IMG/VR virus record: IMGVR_UViG_3300032242_000818
Location: 1 to 64,000 of that record
Source of the DNA: a virus
Length of the DNA stretch: 64,000 nt
Direction: 5' to 3' (one strand)
This document shows, piece after piece, positions 35,249 to 43,868 of this stretch (the first letter of the stretch is position 1; each line of letters opens with the position of its first letter). The notes below the pieces were generated by a model. That model searched no databases. It had not been told where the DNA came from and saw only the letters and a list, made by a program, of their open reading frames with translations. A program made the position numbers and the translations under genes.

Positions 35249-36007
35249 TCAATTTCTTCCAAAACCAAATGGACATTTCTTATCCACTAATTTTGTCATA
35301 CTTTTGTTATTCTTATAATCTACAGCATTTCGTTGATTATGAAGCATTCTTTCCATCTCATGGTCGCTTATGATATGATTCTTTACATTTATTTTTTTAT
35401 CAGAAATGGGGATTAGATGTATTAGTGGATCACCAGCCTTTAATTTAACAATACTTCCCTTTTTTATAAATGTATTTATACTTGTGGATCCTTGAGTTTT
35501 AAAATCAATAACACCAGATAGTAGATGCATATCATTTAAATATGAAGTATTATTCCACATGCAAGCGTTCCAACTAAATTTTACTCCACTTTTCTCACGA
35601 AATACCCATGGAGATACAATTTTTAATTGTGAACAATCTGGGTATATTTCATATCCTGTTTGTTTTCTATCATGATGCTCAACATTAATTTTTACAAGCG
35701 GAGCATGATATCCAGCAACACAAAAATTGTTTTCATCAATCATCTCTATTTGATAGTCTAACCAATTTGGAATAATGAATCCTACTGAAAATAAATCTCT
35801 AAAACCATTACAGTGTTTTAAATTTAATTCCTGTATAGTCATTCTAGAGTTTGGGTGTTTGTTTACTTTTATTTGATTGTTATGCGCTAAAGATTTCCAC
35901 CAAGAAGGTATAAATTCCTTTGCTCTCTCAATTTTAAAATTATTATAAACAAGTTCATCATTGGTGAAACAATCTACAACAATTTCTTTTGTTTTAAACC
36001 AAAACAT
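35249..36007 (-). CDS. hypothetical protein, paralog of 33047-33811
   Basis: Same motifs; ends KKCPFGFGRN. Confidence 0.7.
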   Translation of the reverse strand: MFWFKTKEIVVDCFTNDELVYNNFKIERAKEFIPSWWKSLAHNNQIKVNKHPNSRMTIQELNLKHCNGFRDLFSVGFIIPNWLDYQIEMIDENNFCVAGYHAPLVKINVEHHDRKQTGYEIYPDCSQLKIVSPWVFREKSGVKFSWNACMWNNTSYLNDMHLLSGVIDFKTQGSTSINTFIKKGSIVKLKAGDPLIHLIPISDKKINVKNHIISDHEMERMLHNQRNAVDYKNNKSMTKLVDKKCPFGFGRN

Positions 36008-36009
36008 TA

Positions 36010-36903
36010 TTAAAAGTCCTCTAGTTCATCTAACAATAAACGACATTTGTGTTCAATCAGATAGTTCATAATCGCCATCTTATCTCCAGTCGGTCTATTA
36101 TTTATGTAAGCATCTACGATGGTTTTAGAAACATCCTCTGGGATAAAATCAAAGTCAACCAGAGTTGCATTACGTTGCCAGTTGCGACGTTCTTCATCAT
36201 TTTTACATGCGATGAAACCATTTTCAAAGAATTCTTGGAGACGCTTTGCGCTCATAGGTTTCTGGCGTTCGCCCTTCATAAAGACATCATCTTTACTTAG
36301 AATATTTGGTACTCCATCACCAGCATCACCTTTGACGATATGTTCAATCTTATGCTCAATGATTTCTTTCTTAGTTGCAGTAATATACTTCTTCTGCATA
36401 GGCGACCACTGCTTTACAGTAGGATATAATTGAAGTTGTTTAAAGTCTTTATCAGAGGAAAGGATAAGAATTTTCTGTGGTTCTTCAACTAGACCTTCTT
36501 GAATCAATTCATTATCTTGAGCATATTTTGTAAGAACAGCAATAATATCATCGGCTTCAGCACGATCGATATGCATAACTTTATATGGGAAATACTTAGC
36601 AATGTCTGTGCGCATCTCTGATAAAGTATCAAAGATCAAACCCCAATCAAGATCTGATTTATCTCGATTTGCTTTACGCATACCTTTGTAAAATTCAAAG
36701 TATTCTTTGCGCCAGTACTTACGTCCATCGCAACAGATAACTACATCACCATATTCTTTGCCATACTTTTTCTTATATGACTTGATTGTAGATAAAGTTA
36801 CATGACGAATTAAGTTTTTAACTTCAGATTCTGTTCCTTTCAACTCGCGTTGAAATGTCAAAATGGCTGCGAGGGCTACCTGTGAATAATCAATTAGAAT
36901 CAT
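36010..36903 (-). CDS. rnh: T4-type RNase H / 5'-3' exonuclease
   Basis: MILID, YWRK..F..YK..RK, EADDII, SSDKDF.QL, GD.GDGVPN. Confidence 0.93.
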   Translation of the reverse strand: MILIDYSQVALAAILTFQRELKGTESEVKNLIRHVTLSTIKSYKKKYGKEYGDVVICCDGRKYWRKEYFEFYKGMRKANRDKSDLDWGLIFDTLSEMRTDIAKYFPYKVMHIDRAEADDIIAVLTKYAQDNELIQEGLVEEPQKILILSSDKDFKQLQLYPTVKQWSPMQKKYITATKKEIIEHKIEHIVKGDAGDGVPNILSKDDVFMKGERQKPMSAKRLQEFFENGFIACKNDEERRNWQRNATLVDFDFIPEDVSKTIVDAYINNRPTGDKMAIMNYLIEHKCRLLLDELEDF

Positions 36904-37540
36904 TATTTTGTCTCGGATCAGTTGTTGATAAAAATATGGCATTACAATATCTGCCGTGACCAGATAATTTTTGGTCAAGTTTGGATTTAATCTCCTTTGC
37001 TTGATGCATAGTAGAAGATAGTATTACTACAGCCCTATTGTGTTTCGGTTCGATTGTTGCTTCTTTATTTGAATTGCAAGAGTAAACTACTAGTTCACCA
37101 CCTTCAAATTGTTTTGGCTCAGTGAAAAAATAATTTAAAATAGTAAAGAAAAATGCATCTTTGTGTGGTTTATAGTATTGAGAATTTTCATAATAAGAAA
37201 CTAAATGACATCTTGAATTACAATCAAATAAACTCTTGAACATTGTATTATATTCTAGTAATTTACTTTTAAATGTTTCATTTCCTGTTTGTTTCATACC
37301 ATGTGATATCAATGCAGAATGTTTCCAGTTCTTGAAAACTTCTTCTAGGAATATACCGTTCTTAGATGTAAGAATCTCTCCATCTCTATCCTCAGCTGCT
37401 TTTAATTTGGTTTCATCTACCATGACCGATGGCTTTGTCAACCATTTTAACTCAAGCATGATTTCTTTAAGTTGATCTTGCGTATAGAAATTATCAATAA
37501 CAACTGCATCAATACCATCTGAAATATAATTAAATTCCAT
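36890..37540 (-). CDS. 2OG-Fe(II) oxygenase (prolyl hydroxylase-like)
   Basis: IDNFY, SYYE...YY.PH.D, EPK.F.GGEL, NR.V......H. Confidence 0.82.
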   Translation of the reverse strand: MEFNYISDGIDAVVIDNFYTQDQLKEIMLELKWLTKPSVMVDETKLKAAEDRDGEILTSKNGIFLEEVFKNWKHSALISHGMKQTGNETFKSKLLEYNTMFKSLFDCNSRCHLVSYYENSQYYKPHKDAFFFTILNYFFTEPKQFEGGELVVYSCNSNKEATIEPKHNRAVVILSSTMHQAKEIKSKLDQKLSGHGRYCNAIFLSTTDPRQNNDSN

Positions 37541-38676
37541 TAAAATGCGCCGAGGATAATAGTTTCTTCGTTGATACGACCATTTGGTTGAGCTGGTTTT
37601 GTCTTGAGTGTTTTCAAAGCATTACTAAGAGCACGCTTTCCCATAGACAATCCCTTAAAAAATTCTTCTGGTTTGCGTAGTGTGAATGCTTTAGATTCTT
37701 TGATATCAAACCCAATAATAGTTGTTCCCTTAACAGAAACAGTACCATTCTCGGCACGATAAACACCTACACGACGATACTTAGTATTATAGAACCATAC
37801 TTCGCTAGAACCAATTATACCTGTTGGGTTTATAGATTTCAAATTTAGTTCAGCAAACTCTTTGAGATACTTTATCTTTGCAACCATCTTGGTTGGAGAA
37901 ACTTCTTTGCGCTTACGTGGAGCACGATTTGTTTTTGCAGTCTGAACCATTTGATTACAGTCAGCAATAATATTATTAACAAATTCAGAAAATCGTTTGA
38001 GTTCTCTTTTAGTTAGATGTGAATAACCTTCTACCAATTGCTCATCAACTTCTGCAATGGCGTCCTCAATTTCTTTGGCAGTACCAACAAACAACTCTCC
38101 AATGCGTTTAGCAATCGGTCCAGCCACTTGATTCGCCAGCAAATAATTCTTTGTCGAAAAATCGGACTTGCAACCATTGAGCACAAAGTCGTCAATTGCT
38201 CCTTCAATTTCACCAGCCAAGTCATGAGCCTTATCTTCCATTCTTTGTTGAATTGATATAACATTAGATGGCATGGCTTCTTTTGCTGCAGCTGCATCTT
38301 TCTTGTCTTGTTTGTCTTGAGACCTTTGACGCAGTTTTATCTGAGCAAGTAATTTCTCAGTACCTTCATTATAATGTCTCATTTCATTTTCTTGAAGTTC
38401 AGAACCGATATCCATTAGTCGAGCAAGAATACCTGCAGTGCGGAAATGGTATTCATCAACCTTTAGAAGTTCGACTGCTACTTTCTTGTCGATCTTTGCA
38501 TAATGGCTGATGAACCATTTCTTCTTATCTTTATCATCAGTGTTAGAATTATAGTAATTCAACACATGGAGTAAATCACGCATGTAGTTTTCTTGTGTGA
38601 GTACTTGCTCATCACCTTTCATAAATGCCTCAGCCTTTGCTGTTGCTGCTCTACGTTTTGCGGTATTCACTGCCAT
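37540..38676 (-). CDS. conserved T4-like hypothetical protein
   Basis: LNYYN, SIQ.RM, YNTKYR, VKGTT..GFD, TLRKPE, NGRIN...I.L. Confidence 0.8.
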   Translation of the reverse strand: MAVNTAKRRAATAKAEAFMKGDEQVLTQENYMRDLLHVLNYYNSNTDDKDKKKWFISHYAKIDKKVAVELLKVDEYHFRTAGILARLMDIGSELQENEMRHYNEGTEKLLAQIKLRQRSQDKQDKKDAAAAKEAMPSNVISIQQRMEDKAHDLAGEIEGAIDDFVLNGCKSDFSTKNYLLANQVAGPIAKRIGELFVGTAKEIEDAIAEVDEQLVEGYSHLTKRELKRFSEFVNNIIADCNQMVQTAKTNRAPRKRKEVSPTKMVAKIKYLKEFAELNLKSINPTGIIGSSEVWFYNTKYRRVGVYRAENGTVSVKGTTIIGFDIKESKAFTLRKPEEFFKGLSMGKRALSNALKTLKTKPAQPNGRINEETIILGAF

Positions 38677-38685
38677 GATATATCC

Positions 38686-38874
38686 TTACTTAGATTTAAA
38701 AGAGAGACCAGTTGAACCACCCACTACGCCACCAAGAATTAAAGCAGCACACCAAGTGTCAAATGAGATCGGAATGTTAAGAACAGGGAACAATGTATTC
38801 AATGACCAAATAGTTGCGACTGGCGCAAGAATAAGCAAGAGAACAACAAAACCAATTGCAAATAGATATTTCAT
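38686..38874 (-). CDS. small membrane protein
   Basis: IWSLNTLFP.L.IP..F.TW.A. Confidence 0.65.
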   Translation of the reverse strand: MKYLFAIGFVVLLLILAPVATIWSLNTLFPVLNIPISFDTWCAALILGGVVGGSTGLSFKSK

Positions 38875-39167
38875 AGTGAGAACTCCACTTTAGTTACTGA
38901 TTCCCAGCGGAAAGATCTCCACTCGGACTTTTCGGTATCAAAGACCCGAACTGCGGATCCATTAGACGTGGTAGGCGAACCTGTGGTTTTTGGGATTTTA
39001 TCTGTTGGGATATTACTTTCGACAAGGGTGCAACGCATTGCTCTTTCGCTGCCATCTTGTTTGGTGAAAGTAACGCACAAATCTTTGATGTTTGCATCGT
39101 GGAGTACTCCGAGAGTCCAGGTTTTAAATTCTTCAAATTCTTTGTCATTCTTGAATACTGTTTGCAT
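38871..39167 (-). CDS. SH3/WYL-like beta-barrel protein of T4-like phages
   Basis: VTFTK.DG.ER.M.CTL, VFD.EK.EWRSFR. Confidence 0.8.
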   Translation of the reverse strand: MQTVFKNDKEFEEFKTWTLGVLHDANIKDLCVTFTKQDGSERAMRCTLVESNIPTDKIPKTTGSPTTSNGSAVRVFDTEKSEWRSFRWESVTKVEFSL

Positions 39168-39390
39168 TATCTAATCTCACTTTCAATTCATTAATTATAG
39201 GTCCAAAAAATTCAATAAACTCTTTTGTTGAATAGAAACTTGTATAACCTGTGTCAGTTATATTCTTTCCATTTTCATCATCGAGTTTTTGTTTGATGGT
39301 AAATTCAACGAGATCATACGCATGAGTCTTAACCTTAATTTGTCTGGTCAATCCAGCAGTATGAATTTCCCATTCATAATCCATTGACAT
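39145..39390 (-). CDS. hypothetical protein
   Basis: Gene run. Confidence 0.55.
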   Translation of the reverse strand: MSMDYEWEIHTAGLTRQIKVKTHAYDLVEFTIKQKLDDENGKNITDTGYTSFYSTKEFIEFFGPIINELKVRLDNANSIQE

Positions 39391-39502
39391 AATCTACCTT
39401 TCTATGTTTTGGTTGACGTGTATACTTGACCTTGGAATCCACTGTACGCATGCGGTACTTTGGTGTTCGCAAATCTTTTGCTACTAGATTTCTTGGTCTC
39501 AT
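39374..39502 (-). CDS. 42-aa basic protein, ArfA-like (not in ORF track)
   Basis: MRPRNLVAKDLRTPKYRMRTVDSKVKYTRQPKHRKVDYVNGL; ATG at the predicted +1 of promoter 39509-39537. Confidence 0.6.
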   Translation of the reverse strand: MRPRNLVAKDLRTPKYRMRTVDSKVKYTRQPKHRKVDYVNGL

Positions 39503-39508
39503 AGGTCT

Positions 39509-39537
39509 ATTATACACTTTATCCTCTTACAAAGCAA
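39509..39537 (-). promoter_or_regulatory. sigma70-like promoter
   Basis: TTGCTT-17-TATAAT. Confidence 0.6.
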
Positions 39538-39748
39538 ATTTCTTTAACAGTTCTTTTGCATCAGTTGTATCACGAACTTCGTTATCAAGTTCAGCCATGA
39601 TAACCAATCGTTGTAACAACTCAGCTTCCTTCTGCAAATGTTCATCCAGAGAATTATACCATTCAAAGTAGTCTTCCTCTGAATCAAGATTCCACATAAT
39701 ATTCAACATCCTTTTTTGACGCTTACTAACACCTTGGATTTGAATCAT
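39527..39748 (-). CDS. hypothetical protein
   Basis: Gene run. Confidence 0.6.
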   Translation of the reverse strand: MIQIQGVSKRQKRMLNIMWNLDSEEDYFEWYNSLDEHLQKEAELLQRLVIMAELDNEVRDTTDAKELLKKFAL

Positions 39749-40047
39749 GCTGCTTCCTTAAAAATACTTGTCCACATTTTAAGTTTATTCAACTTCTCGG
39801 CTTTTGCAGTCAACACAGATGACTCACTAACCATACCTGAATCAATTAGTAGGTCAATCATACACATTAAATCACCAATTTCTTCTTCTAGGTGTTCACG
39901 ATTAGAGAGACCCTTGTGGGTATCTTCCATTCCAAACCTAAAAACTTTACTTATGGCTTGGGTAACTTCAGCACATTCTTCTTGAGTGATCAAGAGGATC
40001 TCCCGATTCACTTCATTAATTTCTTTCATTTTCATAAATTTATTCAC
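39745..40047 (-). CDS. MazG-like pyrophosphatase domain protein
   Basis: EECAEV.QAISK..RFG, LEEEIGDL. Confidence 0.75.
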   Translation of the reverse strand: MNKFMKMKEINEVNREILLITQEECAEVTQAISKVFRFGMEDTHKGLSNREHLEEEIGDLMCMIDLLIDSGMVSESSVLTAKAEKLNKLKMWTSIFKEAA

Positions 40048-40192
40048 TTGTTACCTCATTCCAACGCTGTTCAACAATTTCATTCACAAACTCAATAGGA
40101 CAATTCAAAGAGTTTGCAATTTCTTCACAAGACCACTTAGTAGTGTCAAGAAGGTAATTAATATTTTCCCACAAATCTTTCATAGCAGCCAT
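40040..40192 (-). CDS. small HTH-like protein (50 aa, not in track)
   Basis: MAAMKDLW...SCEEIANSLNCPIEFV; GAGG RBS. Confidence 0.5.
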   Translation of the reverse strand: MAAMKDLWENINYLLDTTKWSCEEIANSLNCPIEFVNEIVEQRWNEVTSE

Positions 40193-40199
40193 AAAAACC

Positions 40200-40400
40200 T
40201 CACTCAACAAATTGTTTAAAAATCACATTATTATAAACTTCACCGATATAAGAACCGAACGTAGTTTCATAAACAAAAACATTAGAATCAGCAGCACCGA
40301 CCGCAAATTCATATTCAGAAGCCATCATATCAGCATCAGCCCGATTATCAGTCACAGCGATAGTAGCTTCACCATCAAAAACTAAAAAAACTTTTTTCAT
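40200..40400 (-). CDS. hypothetical early protein
   Basis: AGGTG RBS before MKKVFLV. Confidence 0.55.
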   Translation of the reverse strand: MKKVFLVFDGEATIAVTDNRADADMMASEYEFAVGAADSNVFVYETTFGSYIGEVYNNVIFKQFVE

Positions 40401-40431
40401 TTTTATCACCTTTTTCATCATTTATACAACT

Positions 40432-40498
40432 ATTATACCCCATCATGCAATGAAAGTAAAGCGAAATGTTGTGATCCCCTCAGAAAGTGAGGGGATTC
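40432..40498 (-). promoter_or_regulatory. early promoter with palindrome
   Basis: TTTACT-17-TATAAT; ATCCCCTCA-GAAAG-TGAGGGGAT 40474-40496. Confidence 0.72.
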
Positions 40499-40520
40499 GT
40501 AAGTTGTTAATACTAAAGGG

Positions 40521-40739
40521 TTATTTAGAGGGGAATAATCGGTCTATGAAGTGAGACTCAAACATTCGGTCTATTTTGCGCCCAAGAGCAGGATGCAAAG
40601 TTAAAAGCATTTGGAAAATGATAACTATTGCAACAGCAGAAATTATCCAAAGAGCCGAAAGGATTGGTACTGTTACAAATGCAAGAACCCATGCTAGAAT
40701 CTGGCAAAGTTTTAATAAGATTTTGTATAAAGAAGTCAT
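40521..40739 (-). CDS. small membrane protein
   Basis: Long hydrophobic segment. Confidence 0.5.
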   Translation of the reverse strand: MTSLYKILLKLCQILAWVLAFVTVPILSALWIISAVAIVIIFQMLLTLHPALGRKIDRMFESHFIDRLFPSK

Positions 40740-40861
40740 TTTGCTTCTTCTTTCTTGCGTTCAATTGGTGTTGGAAAATATGGTTCAATGACATAGTGGT
40801 TTGCGCCATACCATCCAATAGCAGAAAAGAATCCAACAACTACCCATCCAGCGATTATCAT
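40736..40861 (-). CDS. small membrane protein (41 aa, not in track)
   Basis: MIIAGWVVVGFFSAIGWYGANHYVIEPYFP; GGAG RBS. Confidence 0.55.
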   Translation of the reverse strand: MIIAGWVVVGFFSAIGWYGANHYVIEPYFPTPIERKKEEAK

Positions 40862-41512
40862 TTATTTCTCCGTAAGTTCATTTACAAAATTCAAAAGTAA
40901 TTGATGGTGCCTCCCATCAGTGTAGTATTTATTTATGTATTGCCATGGTTTCTGAAACCAATATTCAGGTGCTTCAGGATGACAACCAATCAAACCAATT
41001 CTCTCTTGGATGATTGCCATTGGATCACCATTAGCATATTTAGCGATTGTTTTAAATTTTGTTTCATCACCAATCAAAGCACAACCATCATAGAAATACA
41101 TATGTTCTTTTTGGTTCTTCCATGTGACTGGAGCTACAGTTCCGTAGCTCCTTTTTATGTCAGCGTTTGGACGTTTAATATATTGCTCTGTATCTACATA
41201 ATCCAAAATATCAAAGTAGCGACTTCCAGCCCAATAAGCACCCATACATATACCAAGATAGTGACCACCACCTGATATGAACTCGGAGATTTTATTCGCT
41301 CTTCTTCTAGTGAAGAAATTAGAATACGTGTCGCTATCGCCAATCCCACCAGGAAAAGCAATAACATCAAGATTATTGAAAAATTCAGGATCATCTAATT
41401 CATCTTCAGAAAATATTCTTATTTGATAATCAGAAGATAGAGCATGCACCATTGCATATGCACAATCCTTAGAACATTCAGGATGGCGCATAAACAATGC
41501 GAGTTTTTTCAT
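40862..41512 (-). CDS. BPL-N / class I GATase-like protein
   Basis: FPGG.G, GG.YLGICMGAY, G.HPE. Confidence 0.8.
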   Translation of the reverse strand: MKKLALFMRHPECSKDCAYAMVHALSSDYQIRIFSEDELDDPEFFNNLDVIAFPGGIGDSDTYSNFFTRRRANKISEFISGGGHYLGICMGAYWAGSRYFDILDYVDTEQYIKRPNADIKRSYGTVAPVTWKNQKEHMYFYDGCALIGDETKFKTIAKYANGDPMAIIQERIGLIGCHPEAPEYWFQKPWQYINKYYTDGRHHQLLLNFVNELTEK

Positions 41513-41513
41513 A

Positions 41514-41825
41514 TCATACGCTGAAAGAACTGCCGCAGCCGCAAGTAGATTTTGCATTAGGATTACTAATGACAAATTGTGAACCTTTTAGTTTATCTCT
41601 AATAAAATCAATAGTAGCATTATCAAAGTAGGTCATGCTAAGAGCATCAACTACGAGGTTATCAATGACAAAATCATCTTCTTCCTTTTCTTCTTCAATA
41701 GTAAATCCGTAATTGAAACCAGAACATCCCCCACCAGATATAAATGCTCTTACGTATTTTCCATTTGGTTCATCCATAAGGATTTCATCAAGTTGTTTTT
41801 TTGCAGATTCTGTTATTGTAATCAT
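41514..41825 (-). CDS. erpA: A-type Fe-S carrier, ErpA-like
   Basis: GGGCSGF.YGFT, GSQFVI.NPNA..TCGCGSSF. Confidence 0.85.
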   Translation of the reverse strand: MITITESAKKQLDEILMDEPNGKYVRAFISGGGCSGFNYGFTIEEEKEEDDFVIDNLVVDALSMTYFDNATIDFIRDKLKGSQFVISNPNAKSTCGCGSSFSV

Positions 41826-42205
41826 GAGCATGCACACTTTAATTGGTAGTCGTGTATCGCTGCCTTAATCGCATCTTCCGCAAGTATAGAGCAGTGAATC
41901 TTAACTGGCGGGAGGGCAAGTTCGTTAGCAATCTCGCTATTTTTAATGTTTCCTGCTTGGTCAAGTGTTTTCCCTTTGACCCATTCAGTAACAAGTGAAC
42001 TCGATGCAATAGCCGAGCCACAACCATACGTTTTGAATTTAGCATCTGTGATAATTCCTTCTTCTACTTTAATTTGAAGTTTCATCACATCACCGCACGC
42101 TGGTGCGCCAACCATTCCAGTACCAACTGATGGATCATCTTTATCTAGAGATCCCACATTGCGTGGATTCTCATAGTGGTCAATAACTTTATCTGAGTAT
42201 GCCAT
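41822..42205 (-). CDS. iscU: Fe-S scaffold IscU
   Basis: MAYS.KVIDHYENPRNVG, GAPACGDVM, KTYGCGSAIASSS, LPPVKIHCS. Confidence 0.97.
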   Translation of the reverse strand: MAYSDKVIDHYENPRNVGSLDKDDPSVGTGMVGAPACGDVMKLQIKVEEGIITDAKFKTYGCGSAIASSSLVTEWVKGKTLDQAGNIKNSEIANELALPPVKIHCSILAEDAIKAAIHDYQLKCACS

Positions 42206-42262
42206 TTATTTCTTTGGATGTTTGCCACCGCAAACTGGGCAGCCTTCTTCTGTACTAAACAT
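42206..42262 (-). CDS. 18-aa CxxC-H micropeptide (not in track)
   Basis: MFSTEEGCPVCGGKHPKK* exactly fills the gap between the nuclease stop and the iscU start. Confidence 0.45.
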   Translation of the reverse strand: MFSTEEGCPVCGGKHPKK

Positions 42263-42263
42263 A

Positions 42264-43097
42264 TTAATCATCCGATGCAGTTGCGCCACATTTAGCGCGT
42301 TTTGCTTTAGTAAGAGCACCAAAGTCTACTGGCCATTCAGCTCCAGGTGCTAATTCTTTTGCGCCAGCTGGGAATGAATATGCAACAGCAGCTTCTGTTT
42401 GAAGCTGAGCAATTGGTTTACGAAATTTAGTTAGATCGTTACCCAAATTAGGATATGGTGCTACGTGAGGGAATTCCCATGCAGCTACTTCTTTGGTTTG
42501 ATTATTGATAACAATTTTGTAAAAACTATGTGGAACAATAACGCCACTGCCGATTTTCTTGTCTTGAGCATTATAAATGCCTCCAGCAATAATTGTAAAA
42601 CTCTGGTTATGCTGAACAGCCCATCCACGCACTGAAGTTTCTAATAACTTCCAGATACCACGATTTAAACTTCCAGCCTGTGGGCTCATATTAGTCATAA
42701 GGAATGATTCAAATTCAACTTGAGTATCCCAAGATAAATCGCCATCAGGACTCATATGACCTTTGTCATATCCAGTACCAGCATAGTCAGCGGGAACTGC
42801 ACCACCTACAACTGATTGGTCTGCAGCAAAAGCGTTGGTGCGAGCAACACATCCTAATGCATTTTGTGGTAACAAAGTATAACTTACATAACGTGGCAGT
42901 TTTGCTGGAGCATCATACCCAACAAGATATGCTTGACGGCAGATTGGTTGAACAGCTGGATTTGCAACTGGCCATCCATAAGGACTATGAGTAGCGCAGT
43001 TGGCTACTGGTTCTGGTGGACGTTGAGTCCATGCTAACGCATTAAGACTTAGGGCACAAAGTGCTATTAGTAAGAGTTTTTTCACTTGTTTTTCCAA
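42264..43097 (-). CDS. exported DNA/RNA non-specific endonuclease
   Basis: Signal peptide; YDKGH, F..TNMSPQ...LNRG.WK.LE, VP..FYK. Confidence 0.9.
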   Translation of the reverse strand: MEKQVKKLLLIALCALSLNALAWTQRPPEPVANCATHSPYGWPVANPAVQPICRQAYLVGYDAPAKLPRYVSYTLLPQNALGCVARTNAFAADQSVVGGAVPADYAGTGYDKGHMSPDGDLSWDTQVEFESFLMTNMSPQAGSLNRGIWKLLETSVRGWAVQHNQSFTIIAGGIYNAQDKKIGSGVIVPHSFYKIVINNQTKEVAAWEFPHVAPYPNLGNDLTKFRKPIAQLQTEAAVAYSFPAGAKELAPGAEWPVDFGALTKAKRAKCGATASDD

Positions 43098-43172
43098 TCA
43101 ATTTGTAAGGTAAAAAATAATATTCTAACATAAGATATGCTACCATATCAAAGAAAAAATACGGATCCACCT

Positions 43173-43703
43173 CTATTTAGCCAAAGGATTATCTAGTGCT
43201 CTTTGAATCTTACGATCAACATCACGTTCTAGATTCTTAGCAACTTGCTCGGATTCTTTACGAATTTGTCTAACTTCGTTCTGAACTTCTTTAACTGACT
43301 GATCAGTTTCTCTTGATGTTTGTTTAGATGCACGTTCAACATTCTCAACAACACCTTCTAAACGACGGATATCATTCTTCAAGTCGCCTTTAATATCACG
43401 TGTATAATCGCTAGTCTTTTGGCTGTTCTCTTCAATAACTGCAAGTTTTTTATAAACTTCTGTCAAATCTGGAGAAACATACTTAGAGATTTTAGATTTC
43501 ATATCTTGGTAGTCTTTATATACTTCAAATGCACCATAGAGACCACCTAGTGTTGAAGAAACAATAGTAAAAGCAATCATTAGTTTGGCTGGAGTGAACT
43601 CATATCCACCGATACTAATAACTGTATCTTTACTAGCGTATTTCTTTACACCTGCTTCTAATTCATCGATCTTTGCATCGACACTTTTGATTTCTTCTGA
43701 CAT
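43173..43703 (-). CDS. single-TM coiled-coil protein
   Basis: TM followed by heptads, ends ALDNPL. Confidence 0.7.
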   Translation of the reverse strand: MSEEIKSVDAKIDELEAGVKKYASKDTVISIGGYEFTPAKLMIAFTIVSSTLGGLYGAFEVYKDYQDMKSKISKYVSPDLTEVYKKLAVIEENSQKTSDYTRDIKGDLKNDIRRLEGVVENVERASKQTSRETDQSVKEVQNEVRQIRKESEQVAKNLERDVDRKIQRALDNPLAK

Positions 43704-43704
43704 C

Positions 43705-43866
43705 TTAACTTCCTTTTATTAATTGTTTTATTTCTTGTGGAATTAAATCATTCCAATGTTTTGAACATGTAGCCATGTAACGAATGTTATCACCTGTTTT
43801 AGATAATACTTGTGAATCGTGTTTACAGTTCGGAACTTTACAAATTGGAGCAACAATTACTGCCAT
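43705..43866 (-). CDS. small Cys/His zinc-finger-like protein (53 aa, not in track)
   Basis: CKVPNC...TCSKHW; GGAG RBS. Confidence 0.5.
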   Translation of the reverse strand: MAVIVAPICKVPNCKHDSQVLSKTGDNIRYMATCSKHWNDLIPQEIKQLIKGS

Positions 43867-43868
43867 TT

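Noticed and set aside
39532-39538. MotA box (TTTGCTT) middle promoter, also at 54316
   Set aside because: Spacing to TATAAT fits a 17-bp sigma70 -35 element rather than the shorter MotA spacing.
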